IMG/VR virus record: IMGVR_UViG_3300045988_166150
Coordinates: 50,359-114,358 of that record
Direction: 5' to 3' (one strand)
Length of the DNA: 64,000 nt
Source of the DNA: a virus
Shown here: positions 29,708-40,053 of the stretch, in pieces
Numbering within the stretch: position 1 is the first letter of the stretch
How the letters are laid out: every line of letters begins with the position of its first letter
Notes under the pieces: model-generated
Told to the model about the DNA's origin: nothing
Database searches by the model: none
The model's input: the letters and a program-made list of their open reading frames with translations, nothing else
Made by a program: the position numbers and the translations under genes

Positions 29708-30154
29708 TTATATACTATTGGCTATTTTAAATATAGCTGGAAATGTTTTCCAAACATAATTATCCGAAATAGCCTGAATTTGTATATTTAAATTTCCACT
29801 TGTTTGCGTTATATTTTTATCAATTATTAATTTTAATTTAATATAATTATCTGTTATTTCTGGGCTTTCTATTTTTATTTCACTTCTATTATTACCACTA
29901 TCTACTATAATGATACTAAATTCCTTATCTGATAAATCTTCCCCATTTTCATTTATTTTTGGAATTAAGAAGTATCTAGTCGCAGAATTATCTTCGCCTT
30001 GAATGCCCAATATGTCCTGCCCAGTTGGTATAATTATTGTTTTACATATTACACTAATATCTTTAGGAGTACAACCATTGTTGCAAGTAGTTGTACTACC
30101 TGTATCAATTAATGGCATTGTATTACTATTACAATTCACTTTGCATTCCTCCAT
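29708..30154 (-). CDS. hypothetical protein (148 aa)
   Basis: ORF with Cys-rich N-terminus; no motif. Confidence 0.5.
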   Translation of the reverse strand: MEECKVNCNSNTMPLIDTGSTTTCNNGCTPKDISVICKTIIIPTGQDILGIQGEDNSATRYFLIPKINENGEDLSDKEFSIIIVDSGNNRSEIKIESPEITDNYIKLKLIIDKNITQTSGNLNIQIQAISDNYVWKTFPAIFKIANSI

Positions 30155-30863
30155 CTATAGACACTAATGTCTGAATTTTTGGTAAGTTATTTTGTATTGT
30201 TTCGTTTATCTTATCTATGTCAAAATGCGTTTTGTCTAAATATTCTATACATATAAACCCTAATATATTTCCCTCATTGTCTTTTAAAACAGTTCCATAT
30301 TTTGCCTCTATATGTCTAGTTATTAAATATTGATACATTGTTATATCTATATCTTTAATTTCTTCTGCATCTTTTATAATACATATTTCTTTTTCTTCTA
30401 ATTCATGACACCAATAAGATAACAATGACCTAAAAATATCTTTAAAATCAGCCATCATAGGAGCTATTCCTATATTAACGACTTCATTTGTCATGCTCAT
30501 TTTTAAAAAAGATTTTCCTGTCATGTCTTTATTACCATTATGATACTTTACAATACAAACCCTTGAAGCACCTGTATCTTTTAACATACCATTTATTATA
30601 TCATTTATCTGCTTTTCTATTTGAATTAAACCTTTGCTCTCTTCATATGTCAAATGTTTTTTAGCCACACCTTGCACTATATCTTTTATCATTGCATTAT
30701 AATTATCTCTTATTTCATTGTTCATTTCTTGATACTCTTTTCTTTCTGCATCAAATTCCTCTTGTCTTTTTTTATTGCTTTTGATAAATAATATAATCAT
30801 TATAACCACAGCCAACCCATCAAACAAAAGTTTACTCAAAGCCGTTAATGTTGCTATATCCAT
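30129..30863 (-). CDS. membrane-anchored hypothetical protein
   Basis: Start moved to MDIATLTAL after AAGGAG. One TM helix (GLAVVIMIILFI), then a soluble domain. Confidence 0.5.
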   Translation of the reverse strand: MDIATLTALSKLLFDGLAVVIMIILFIKSNKKRQEEFDAERKEYQEMNNEIRDNYNAMIKDIVQGVAKKHLTYEESKGLIQIEKQINDIINGMLKDTGASRVCIVKYHNGNKDMTGKSFLKMSMTNEVVNIGIAPMMADFKDIFRSLLSYWCHELEEKEICIIKDAEEIKDIDITMYQYLITRHIEAKYGTVLKDNEGNILGFICIEYLDKTHFDIDKINETIQNNLPKIQTLVSIDGGMQSEL

Positions 30864-31028
30864 TTCTCGCTCCTTCTGTAAAAAAATACAGAGATTAGTA
30901 ATTAAACTAATCCCTGTAATATTTATTTGTTTCCTGCACATCCTTTATACGCACTTGTATGAATAACTTTAAGTAAGGTTGAACAGTACCTAGAGTACTT
31001 ACATAGTTCATTACTTTTTTTACATTTT

Positions 31029-31055
31029 AAAACAACCATTTTGTTGGGTTGTTTC
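31029..31055 (-). terminator. rho-independent terminator after the major tail gene
   Basis: AACAACC/GGTTGTT stem followed by TTAAAATG on the - strand. Confidence 0.6.
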
Positions 31056-31098
31056 TCATAAAATGCATTTTTACATAAAGGATATTCTACGCAACCCA

Positions 31099-32115
31099 TT
31101 ACCTAGCTGCTACAGTAACTTTTATTATATCTTGTAATCCTTCATATGCTACTGTAATCTCTGCATTACCAGCTTTTTTTCCTGTGATAACACCATCTGT
31201 TGTTACATCTGCTGTATCTTTTGCTGAGCTTGTAAATGTTAATTTAGAATTATCTAATGTAACATTTGAATATGGTAAGCTTCTTACACCTATAACATTT
31301 GCTGTAGCACTTGCAAATTGTCCGCCTAATGTTAAATTTAAAACATTTGGTGAAGCTACTATACTTTCAACAGGTATAACTGTTTCTTCTGTTGTAGATA
31401 TATATTTAACATCTGCATAATAAGACTCTCCACAGTCTGTGGCATATTCTTGAGCTGTACCACCAATACCAAATGTAGATACTGCATCAGAAGTTAAGTT
31501 TAATGATATACTTCCGTTAAATTTTAATCTAGGAATTGTTATCTCTAAAAATCCTTCTACTCCATCTTGTGATAATACATGAACTCTCATTACTGCTTTT
31601 ACTAGTAATGGTTGTGTTTTTGTATCAATTGTTATTTTATCTACTTTTTTATTGTATTGATATACAACTTGTAATTGTCCATTGAAATTAGCCATACCAA
31701 TATCTATAGCTTTACCAGTTGGAGCTATTGACTTTACTGTTCCATTTGGCATTCTTACATATACATTTCCAAGTGGTGTTTCTGCTGTTGAACCTTTACC
31801 AGCTGTAAAAGATACACATTCATCAAATTTATATATTCCATCTAAACCTGTTACTATTGGTGTACCTGTTTGGAATGCTAAATATTCCATTTTAAATGTA
31901 GCACTTTCTAATTCTACTGTAACATTCTTGCTATGTTTGATATCGAATAATAATGCATTTAAATATCCACCTCTTTGTTCAATTGATTGAACTTCTTGAG
32001 TTATAGTAGAGTTTGTTAAAGCAAAACCTTCACCCATATAAGCATTAGTTGTAGGGTTGAAAAATAAAACTTCAGCTACTGAAACTAATGCAAAACCTTT
32101 GTCAATTGTTGCCAT
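31099..32115 (-). CDS. major tail protein with C-terminal Big_2-like Ig domain
   Basis: Position after the connector genes. C-terminal ..VTTDGVITGKKAGNAEITVAYEGLQDIIKVTV is a Big_2-type signature. A terminator follows. Confidence 0.6.
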   Translation of the reverse strand: MATIDKGFALVSVAEVLFFNPTTNAYMGEGFALTNSTITQEVQSIEQRGGYLNALLFDIKHSKNVTVELESATFKMEYLAFQTGTPIVTGLDGIYKFDECVSFTAGKGSTAETPLGNVYVRMPNGTVKSIAPTGKAIDIGMANFNGQLQVVYQYNKKVDKITIDTKTQPLLVKAVMRVHVLSQDGVEGFLEITIPRLKFNGSISLNLTSDAVSTFGIGGTAQEYATDCGESYYADVKYISTTEETVIPVESIVASPNVLNLTLGGQFASATANVIGVRSLPYSNVTLDNSKLTFTSSAKDTADVTTDGVITGKKAGNAEITVAYEGLQDIIKVTVAAR

Positions 32116-32133
32116 TTTATCTATCTCCTTTAC

Positions 32134-33036
32134 TTATATTTTCTCGCCATCTTGAAGAGATGACATTAAACTATTACCACTAACCAAAATATCATCAAAT
32201 TTTCCTTTTGGCTCATAATGTCTTATCCAGTGTGGTATATCAGATTTCATTTTAATCATTCCGCTTAATTCTAGTTTCTTATACATATAATAGTCATCTT
32301 TAGATAATGCTATCTGTAAAAATCTATTAAATCTTCTAATAGTCATTCCTTCCATTTCACTATTATCTTTATGAGTACTATAAGCGACAATTGTGATTAA
32401 ATCTTCTAAATCTGTATTATCTGTTTTTCTTGCTGCTCTTAGTTTTTCTTTCATTTGATATAAGAATTCTTCTGTTTTTTTATCATAATGTTCTGGCTTT
32501 ATATCATTCTGCAACATAATTAAATTTCTTATATCATCAAATTCATTTGAATTTATTATTATATGATTATACATTTTTTCTTGTATAGTCTGTAATTGAG
32601 TGGCGACTTTTTGAACATTAATATCTCCGAGTTCGCCCTTAACATATTTCTCTTTTAATTCATTATATTCTTTTTCTAATCCTTTATAATTAGCTGACCT
32701 TTGATAAACCTTTATACATAGCCTTCCATCTTCCTTTAGTATATCAAAAGGCTGTTCTTCTCCAAATACTATATTTAATATACAAATTAACATATCCCAC
32801 TTATTTTTAAAATCAGTATCAATTAATGATTTTTCATAAATATATTCCAAATAAGGAAGTCTCAACAACCTTATATCTCTTTCATCCATTCTTGAAACGT
32901 CTAAACATTCATCGGCGCAAGCAAAAATAGAATAATATAATAATGTTGCAGGATATAATAGTACTCCTTTATATTCTAAAGGCTTATCAAAAGCCATCTT
33001 CATTTTGTTGTCATAACTTATATTCATTAAATCCAC
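32134..33036 (-). CDS. hypothetical protein (300 aa), head-tail joining region
   Basis: Position only. Confidence 0.45.
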   Translation of the reverse strand: MDLMNISYDNKMKMAFDKPLEYKGVLLYPATLLYYSIFACADECLDVSRMDERDIRLLRLPYLEYIYEKSLIDTDFKNKWDMLICILNIVFGEEQPFDILKEDGRLCIKVYQRSANYKGLEKEYNELKEKYVKGELGDINVQKVATQLQTIQEKMYNHIIINSNEFDDIRNLIMLQNDIKPEHYDKKTEEFLYQMKEKLRAARKTDNTDLEDLITIVAYSTHKDNSEMEGMTIRRFNRFLQIALSKDDYYMYKKLELSGMIKMKSDIPHWIRHYEPKGKFDDILVSGNSLMSSLQDGEKI

Positions 33037-33602
33037 ACATCCATTGTTAGTTGAAATCCTGAATAGTTATTATTATAACTTACTTGCTCAGCGCCAGCAA
33101 ATCTATCAATATCGTTATTTACAAATATCTGAGATTTTGTTTTATCCAATTTTACCCCATTCAATGTCTCTACAATAGTTTGCATTATAGCCACATCTCT
33201 TTTATCATTCTTTGAAATTGGCGTTTCAATCATCATTTCATTATTATTAACAATTACTTGAAATATTACCCTAACCAAGGCATCTGTTCTCCCCATAGAG
33301 CTTACTTTATCTATATAAATTCTTACTTGGGACTTTGCCTTAATCATAGCATCTGTAGTATATCTTTGAAACAATATGTTATATTCATCAGTATTAAAAG
33401 AAGTTCTACCTATCATTGCACTTTTTTCTTTGCTGGTCAAATCTTTTTGAGCTAAAGGTTTTTCTGAATATTTTAATAATTTCCAAAATTCTGGAGAATT
33501 ATCAAATAAATAATTCACTATTATCGTAGGTAAATCTCTGGTAAGAATATATGTGTTATATGCTTCTTTACTAAATCCTTTTTCATCGCATGGTGAATAC
33601 AT
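33027..33602 (-). CDS. hypothetical protein (191 aa), head-tail joining region
   Basis: Position only. Confidence 0.45.
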   Translation of the reverse strand: MYSPCDEKGFSKEAYNTYILTRDLPTIIVNYLFDNSPEFWKLLKYSEKPLAQKDLTSKEKSAMIGRTSFNTDEYNILFQRYTTDAMIKAKSQVRIYIDKVSSMGRTDALVRVIFQVIVNNNEMMIETPISKNDKRDVAIMQTIVETLNGVKLDKTKSQIFVNNDIDRFAGAEQVSYNNNYSGFQLTMDVWI

Positions 33603-33603
33603 T

Positions 33604-34614
33604 TTACCAATTACCCCCTAGCCAAATTTCTTTATAGTTAGTTTCATTTGTATTATCATTAACATATTGTATTTTAAGTGGATTAATTTGATATTGTTTT
33701 ATATTTTTTATTGTGAATTGATTTCCATTAATGCTACTGAACTCAAAATATTTATTTGGTACATTACTTATATTTATAGTAAAAGTATCTTCTGTTTTAG
33801 TTCCGTTTACATAGTTATATACATTAAATTCTGCTGTTTCATTTAAAAGTATTTCTGATATATCTGGTGTTAATACATTTCCTTGCAATTTAATATCTGG
33901 CTCAGATTTTTTATTAGCCGCAATGTTTTCTTCTTCATTATCGGCATTTAACACTGGATTTTTCATCATATATATTTCCATATAATCAGGATTTAATTCA
34001 TCGAATATTTGTTTTACTTTAAATGACACCTCATTAAACATGAACCTATCATTTACTGTAATTTTTGAAGTATATTTGTTCCTTTGGACAATAACAACTA
34101 TATCTCCACCATCTTCAACTATGCCTTTACTTCCCCATTTAAAATTTGTATATGTAAGTGCATCTTTAATAGCACAAGGATAACAATTAAGTTCTCCACT
34201 ACTATCAACCCACCTTAATGAATTATTACATTGTAGCATTCTTCCTTTTACATTATATAAATATTGTGTATCTAAAGAAATTAATATCCACGTTGATAAT
34301 TCTTTATGGTTAAAATTCCAATGCACATAATCTCCTATTTTAAATTGTGGTGTATCATATGGATAAGATTGTAGATATTTATATCCAACTATTTTATCTT
34401 CATCATTTCCTTCATATATCCATGTATCATATGTCTTAATATAATCAAAATTCTTATATACAACTCTATAATCTGTACTAGCTTTGAAATTTTCTTTTGT
34501 TAAATCAGAAATCTGGTCGGAACTTTCTGCTGAAGTACCACTTTGAGAATGCAACAGACTATTTATTCTCCCGATACAGTCACTTTTGGTTGATACCTTA
34601 ATGGGTGTAAGCAT
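33604..34614 (-). CDS. hypothetical protein (336 aa), head-tail joining region
   Basis: ATG at 34612-34614; overlaps the upstream gene by 52 nt. Confidence 0.45.
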   Translation of the reverse strand: MLTPIKVSTKSDCIGRINSLLHSQSGTSAESSDQISDLTKENFKASTDYRVVYKNFDYIKTYDTWIYEGNDEDKIVGYKYLQSYPYDTPQFKIGDYVHWNFNHKELSTWILISLDTQYLYNVKGRMLQCNNSLRWVDSSGELNCYPCAIKDALTYTNFKWGSKGIVEDGGDIVVIVQRNKYTSKITVNDRFMFNEVSFKVKQIFDELNPDYMEIYMMKNPVLNADNEEENIAANKKSEPDIKLQGNVLTPDISEILLNETAEFNVYNYVNGTKTEDTFTINISNVPNKYFEFSSINGNQFTIKNIKQYQINPLKIQYVNDNTNETNYKEIWLGGNW

Positions 34615-35285
34615 ACAGTATTCGCCCCCAATCCTGGTAAACCTATAGGAGCAGTACGATATGAATACATACTTATATCTCCTTCAAGTTCTCTTTTCGC
34701 TGATTGGTAAGCTGCTGTCAAAGTTTTTAATTGTTCAGCTTGAGAATGCATTTTTATACTTCCACCATAAGTAGCAAAATTTAATATTTTACTATTAGTC
34801 ATTTGCTCTTCGTAATATGGTATATTCATAGCTTCTGCTAATATCCTTTTTTCATCATATCCTAAATCAGCATTAAAATGTCCTATATCATAGCTATTTA
34901 TAGTAACATTCTCACCCAAATGTGGAGTATAGTTAGTCAATGTTATAGTTCCATTTATATTATCATACAAATATTCTGAAACACTTCTTTCTGGTTGCCC
35001 ACAATCTATTTGGGTACTTATATAAAAATTTGGATTATCAATTTCTGGTTTTGGGTCTAACTGAAAAATATTATTTTCTCCATCCCCAACAAAAGAATAT
35101 TTTGTAAGAGAAAATGGAACCAAATCAAGCAAATTCTTTCTACAATCATATTGGAATAATGGAATTGATAATTGCAAATATTTCCAATATAAATCATATA
35201 ATAAATAAGATGGTTTATCAGTTAATCTTTGGTCAATCTTTATAACTGAATTTAGACAATAAATTTCTTCAAAACTTGTTGCCAT
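34563..35285 (-). CDS. hypothetical protein (240 aa), head-tail connector candidate
   Basis: Position downstream of the capsid genes; GGAGG RBS. Confidence 0.45.
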   Translation of the reverse strand: MATSFEEIYCLNSVIKIDQRLTDKPSYLLYDLYWKYLQLSIPLFQYDCRKNLLDLVPFSLTKYSFVGDGENNIFQLDPKPEIDNPNFYISTQIDCGQPERSVSEYLYDNINGTITLTNYTPHLGENVTINSYDIGHFNADLGYDEKRILAEAMNIPYYEEQMTNSKILNFATYGGSIKMHSQAEQLKTLTAAYQSAKRELEGDISMYSYRTAPIGLPGLGANTVCLHPLRYQPKVTVSGE

Positions 35286-35307
35286 TTTTCCACCTCCCTT
35301 ACTTATA

Positions 35308-35997
35308 TTATCCCCTTAAATTATCTATAGCTGTTAATGTCATTATACCTCTGTCAAATTCAATACCAAGATATTGTTCAACACCTTTTCTAGTATAATA
35401 ATCCCAAGTTAATTGGTTTCTTCTAATCATATCGCATATTCTATAGATAATGCAATTTACAATGTTGCTATTTTTCTTGTTTTCAGTGATTTCTGCAATT
35501 TTACCAACTATTGTATTAGTATCTCCATTTGTTAAGATGCTTAATAAATTTTCATTTGATAAATCTACAAAATTTTTTATTCCAAATTTTGCATAATCTT
35601 CTTTATCTTTAAAATAGCATATTCCATCAATGAAAAGTTTCTTTACAGAATAATTTCTAAAGAATTTTTTCATATCTGCAACAGTAACTGTTTGTTCTTC
35701 ATTAAATCTTAAACGAATTTCTCCAGCTGTATCTTTTGGGTTTCCCCAACCTATACCTTGAAGTACTCTACATCCTATAACTACTTCATCTTCTTCACTG
35801 TTATTAGCCATGGAATTTTGTGCAACCATGTTATTAGTCATCATTGCCATCATTGCCTTTTGCATTTCTTCTAATTGTTTTTTTAATGCAATAATTTCTT
35901 CACTTTCAGAAGGATTAACAACTACTTCTTTTTCTAGTTCTTTATTTTCTTCTTTGTTTTCAACTTTTGTTGCTTTAGCATTTTTTGTATTTGCCAT
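35308..35997 (-). CDS. hypothetical protein (229 aa) with Lys/Glu-rich N-terminus
   Basis: ORF after the capsid terminator, with AAAGGAG RBS. Confidence 0.5.
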   Translation of the reverse strand: MANTKNAKATKVENKEENKELEKEVVVNPSESEEIIALKKQLEEMQKAMMAMMTNNMVAQNSMANNSEEDEVVIGCRVLQGIGWGNPKDTAGEIRLRFNEEQTVTVADMKKFFRNYSVKKLFIDGICYFKDKEDYAKFGIKNFVDLSNENLLSILTNGDTNTIVGKIAEITENKKNSNIVNCIIYRICDMIRRNQLTWDYYTRKGVEQYLGIEFDRGIMTLTAIDNLRG

Positions 35998-36014
35998 TTT
36001 ATAACTCCTTTCAA

Positions 36015-36048
36015 TAATATTATAATAAAGAGAGACCTAAGTCTCTCT
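36015..36048 (-). terminator. rho-independent terminator after the major capsid gene
   Basis: Perfect 8-bp stem AGAGAGAC/GTCTCTCT, 4-nt loop, T-rich tail on the - strand. Confidence 0.75.
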
Positions 36049-36056
36049 CATTATAA

Positions 36057-37208
36057 CTAAGAATTTGTTCCTTGGATAGCATAGTTAGCTTGTGTAACTA
36101 TAGCAGCATCAAAACTCATGAAATATTCATAGTTTTGTCTGTATTGTGAACCTTCTGTTGGTTCTTTAACTTTAACATGAACAAAGTTTTCTCTTACTAA
36201 TTTAACTGGTCTATCACCAACACTTGATAATAGAATTATTCTATCATTTGGAATAGCTCTTAATGTAGTAGCTGAAGCATTTGTGAATGGTTGTGACAAA
36301 TCTGTGAATTGGTCTATTACAACGTTATCTACACCATATGCTCTTCCTAAAAATCCTTCTCTTATCATTTCATCTTGGCTTTGGAAACCATAGTTAGTTG
36401 TAGCAAGAACTCCTATTTTGTTGAATGCTGGTAATGTACCATAAGCTGTTACATCTGCTCCACCATTTAACATTTTTAAGTCTTCTATCATTTGGATATA
36501 GTTAGCTGCGTTCCAGTTAGCTTGATATAAAGGTGTTCCTTGGATTGGAGTTACTGAATATATTTCTTCAACGATTAATCTTAATTGTGCATATAATAAT
36601 CCAGCTGCAACTCTTGCTAATTCTTTACCCATATCATAGTTATTTGCTAATATTCTTATATAATCCATTGTTGTTCCCATGCTATATGGGTGTGGTTTTA
36701 CTGTGATTGAACTTCTTGAATAACTATCTAAGAATGTTACATTTGTCATATATGATGTTCTTTGAGCGATTGGTAATCCTTTTGTTTCGATTTCATATGT
36801 TTTGCTATCACCAACATCAACTTCATCAACATTTGCTAATCTAAATATTTGTTCTGGTCTACTTCTTAATATAATGCTTTCTAATACATCAACAACTATT
36901 GAGTTGTAAACTGTAGCAAATACTGGATTTGAGAATGCATTTATAACATCAGCATTATTTCTTATTTCTTTAATTCCTGCTTTGTTTGCGCAGAAAGATA
37001 ATAAAGCTAATTTAGCTTTTTCATTTATATCATTATAGTTAGATATTTCTTTATCAACTAAAGCAAAACTTTTGTCTGCCATTCTGCTTAATGCTCCATC
37101 ATGAACCATAGCATATTTACAAACTTTTTCTAAGTTTTCTTTTATTACTTTTACTGTTCCTTCCTCATCTACTGAGAATGTTCTTATTAAATTTAAATTT
37201 GTGTTCAT
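36057..37208 (-). CDS. major capsid protein
   Basis: 383 aa ORF downstream of portal and scaffold, followed by a strong terminator. Assigned by size and position, consistent with an HK97-fold MCP. Confidence 0.65.
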   Translation of the reverse strand: MNTNLNLIRTFSVDEEGTVKVIKENLEKVCKYAMVHDGALSRMADKSFALVDKEISNYNDINEKAKLALLSFCANKAGIKEIRNNADVINAFSNPVFATVYNSIVVDVLESIILRSRPEQIFRLANVDEVDVGDSKTYEIETKGLPIAQRTSYMTNVTFLDSYSRSSITVKPHPYSMGTTMDYIRILANNYDMGKELARVAAGLLYAQLRLIVEEIYSVTPIQGTPLYQANWNAANYIQMIEDLKMLNGGADVTAYGTLPAFNKIGVLATTNYGFQSQDEMIREGFLGRAYGVDNVVIDQFTDLSQPFTNASATTLRAIPNDRIILLSSVGDRPVKLVRENFVHVKVKEPTEGSQYRQNYEYFMSFDAAIVTQANYAIQGTNS

Positions 37209-37226
37209 CTTCTAATTTCACCTCTC

Positions 37227-37787
37227 TTAAACTGTTTGTTTTGCTCTAACAACTAATGTTTTAGCAAAATCTCCACCAAATTGTCCACCTAATCTAAAGT
37301 ATTTAATAGCTTCGATTGTTAGGTAATTTTTAGCTGTAACTGTAGTTGCTTTAGCAGAATATACTAAAACATCTTTTCCATTTGCTGGAATTAAGTTATC
37401 TCCAACTGCTAAACCAGCAGCTCCAGAACCTGTATCATCACAAGCATCAACAGATATTTCAAATCTTACTTCTGGTAATAATCTATGTGCTGTTACAACT
37501 TCACCTGCGTTGAATGTGTATTGTGTATAATCAGGTTGACCATCTGGTCTTCTTCCGTCTGCCAATGTTTCAAAACCATTGTTTAAAACTAATACGATAT
37601 CTTCTTTTGTGATATCTGCTACTATTGTTGGTGCATAAACATCCCAGTTTCCATATCCTAATCCTGTGTCTAATGCTTCAGCAACTACTACGTTACCTGC
37701 ATGGTATGTTTTTCCAGCTGGTACTCTTACCTTAGCTTGCATATAAGCTGGGTTTTCTGTAACTGTTCTTGCAATATAATTTGCCAT
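37227..37787 (-). CDS. head-associated structural protein (decoration candidate), founding member of the paralog family
   Basis: Lies between the scaffold-like gene and the MCP. Shares about 180 aa with the N-termini of 25392..26258 and 26278..28530. Confidence 0.5.
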   Translation of the reverse strand: MANYIARTVTENPAYMQAKVRVPAGKTYHAGNVVVAEALDTGLGYGNWDVYAPTIVADITKEDIVLVLNNGFETLADGRRPDGQPDYTQYTFNAGEVVTAHRLLPEVRFEISVDACDDTGSGAAGLAVGDNLIPANGKDVLVYSAKATTVTAKNYLTIEAIKYFRLGGQFGGDFAKTLVVRAKQTV

Positions 37788-37807
37788 TTTCTATTCACTC
37801 CTTTTCG

Positions 37808-40039
37808 TTATTTTGCAATTCTAACATTGCTATTTGTAATAATATTGTCTAAACTATTCATTTCTTCTTTTGAAAATTTAATAGTATTGACTTCAAATAA
37901 TGGATTTATTGAATATTTCATTTCCTTGCTTTCTTTTTTATCTTCTTTTTCTTCTGACTTCTCAGCCATTTTTAAAGCAAATTCAGCAATTTTTGAGTTT
38001 AATTTTTCTTTCACTTCATCCATAGACATTTTTTCAATTGAATTTTTAAGCTCTTTAACTTCATCTTCTGACATACAATGAGCGAACTTATCTATTTCGG
38101 CTGACATTTTTCTTTCTTCTTCAGCTCTTTTGAATTTGTTTAATTCATTTTTGATTTCAGTGTTTTCGATTTCTAAAGCATTAGCTTTCTTTTTCCAATA
38201 GTCTTTATCAGCATCTACATCATCTTCTAGTCCTTCTTCACCTTTGTCGTCTTTGTCGATTTTGTTTTCAACTACTGGGCATTCTTTATCAGCAAATCCA
38301 ATATCGTCGCATTTGTCAGAGTTTTTCTTTATGTCCTCTTTTTCTTTAACATCATCTTCTTGTGCTTCTGCGTCGTCTTTTATTTTTTCAATGTCTTTAT
38401 TGTCTTTGTCTAATTTGTTTTCAACAATTTCTTCTTTTTCTTTCTTGTCTAATTCTTTTGCCATCTTTTTCTCACCACCTTCATCTTCGTCATTTATGTC
38501 AAGCTTTTTGTATAATCCTTTCACCTTTGTAACAACTGCTTCTTCATTATTAGCTTGAGCATATGCTAATGCACTTGCTAATCCATATCTATTATAAACA
38601 GCTTTGCCATTTTTTATTTCCATGATTGGATATTTTAGTTTTGAGCTTGGTGCTTCTTCCCAACCATCTTCTACTATAGCATAAACATCTTTAACCAAAG
38701 ATTTATAATTTTTTGCGTTTAAGACTTTCTTTCTTAATTCTGTTTTATTTACAGAACCCCAACTTGTTTCAGACATAGCTTCTTTTGATTTGTCTACTTC
38801 TATTGTCTCACCTTTACCATAATCTTCTTTTGCAAATATGGCAATATCTTTAGCAGAAAATGTTTTTTCTTTATCTAATTCTTCATATGTTCTATGAACT
38901 TCTTTTTTGTTTGTTTCTTCTATAGTAACTTTATTATCTTCAACTGAATATGGTATTTTATAAAGTTTGGCAGTTTCATTATCTCTAACTATTGCAATTT
39001 TTTCATCTGCATATATTTCTTCAACATAATATTTTCTGCCTTCCCACTCGCCATCGTGATACTTATACTTTCCTAATTCAGTATAAATTCTATCAGCTAT
39101 TTCATTATTGCTTAAACTATTCACTAAAATGTCACCTACTCTTTCTTCTTTTATGTGATTAATCCATTTTTCTGTTATTTCTCCACCAAATATATTATAT
39201 ACTGGCGAAAATTCAACTTCTTTTGAATTAATAACTTTTTTCCTAATTTTATCAAATTCTATCTTACTTATAAAACGTGAGTTAGACATTTTTTGTGCCA
39301 TAGTTAACTCTTGTGTAGTGCAACCTCTTCCTTTTACTCTATAATCTTTTAATGCTTTCTTTACAGCATTGTTTATTTCATTTGGAATTTCATAATAGTT
39401 TTCTTTTTTGAAGAAGTTTACATAATATTCATTGGCTTGTTTAAAATCTTCTTCACTTAGTGAAAATCTTAAAATTTCCATATGGCTTCCTTCTATTCCT
39501 TCCATAATGCCTTCTCCTAGTAAAACACAACTTAACAATCTAAATTCATTTATATTCAATACTCCCGTTGTCTCGTCTTGTTCTCCATCTATTACTGCTA
39601 ATTCAATACTTACCTTAACATTTCCTTCTCTTCGATTAAGAATACTCATTATAATAGGGAAATAGTTTTTCCATATTACTACTTTAGCATTTAGATAAGT
39701 TTTTCCATTTTCTCTTTCAATATATTTGAATTCTGAACTTTCTGGAATTGTACCAAATGCTATGAATTTTTTTCTCTCTTCTTCAGTATAGGCATGTTCT
39801 TTAAAGTCTGTTGACAAAGAAGGTATTATTGAATTATCTAAGATACATAAAAGAGGCTTGTTATAAAAGGATTTCAATGATTTTTCAATACATTCTTCTG
39901 TAATATTACATTTATTTCTATTTAATCCTATGTGTAAAAAATCTATCTCTGCAATACTACAATATCCATCATTTTCTAATAACTTGAAATTATCTGGACT
40001 TAAATTAAATTGTAACTTTACATTTGAAATTTCTTCCAT
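37808..40039 (-). CDS. prohead scaffold / protease-like protein (743 aa)
   Basis: Lies between portal and capsid. The C-terminal third is highly charged Lys/Glu/Asp coiled coil, typical of scaffolding domains. Confidence 0.4.
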   Translation of the reverse strand: MEEISNVKLQFNLSPDNFKLLENDGYCSIAEIDFLHIGLNRNKCNITEECIEKSLKSFYNKPLLCILDNSIIPSLSTDFKEHAYTEEERKKFIAFGTIPESSEFKYIERENGKTYLNAKVVIWKNYFPIIMSILNRREGNVKVSIELAVIDGEQDETTGVLNINEFRLLSCVLLGEGIMEGIEGSHMEILRFSLSEEDFKQANEYYVNFFKKENYYEIPNEINNAVKKALKDYRVKGRGCTTQELTMAQKMSNSRFISKIEFDKIRKKVINSKEVEFSPVYNIFGGEITEKWINHIKEERVGDILVNSLSNNEIADRIYTELGKYKYHDGEWEGRKYYVEEIYADEKIAIVRDNETAKLYKIPYSVEDNKVTIEETNKKEVHRTYEELDKEKTFSAKDIAIFAKEDYGKGETIEVDKSKEAMSETSWGSVNKTELRKKVLNAKNYKSLVKDVYAIVEDGWEEAPSSKLKYPIMEIKNGKAVYNRYGLASALAYAQANNEEAVVTKVKGLYKKLDINDEDEGGEKKMAKELDKKEKEEIVENKLDKDNKDIEKIKDDAEAQEDDVKEKEDIKKNSDKCDDIGFADKECPVVENKIDKDDKGEEGLEDDVDADKDYWKKKANALEIENTEIKNELNKFKRAEEERKMSAEIDKFAHCMSEDEVKELKNSIEKMSMDEVKEKLNSKIAEFALKMAEKSEEKEDKKESKEMKYSINPLFEVNTIKFSKEEMNSLDNIITNSNVRIAK

Positions 40040-40053
40040 ACTCCACCCCTTTC

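Noticed and set aside
6496-30941. Long N-terminal extensions given by the ORF track for 6496..7188, 8372..9367, 24726..25343 and 30129..30941 (also 50643..51245, 58012..58236, 58348..58686 and 60923..61426)
   Set aside because: The extensions overlap the upstream gene or a terminator and lack an RBS. In each case an internal ATG preceded by an AGGAG-type site gives a tidy, non-overlapping arrangement.
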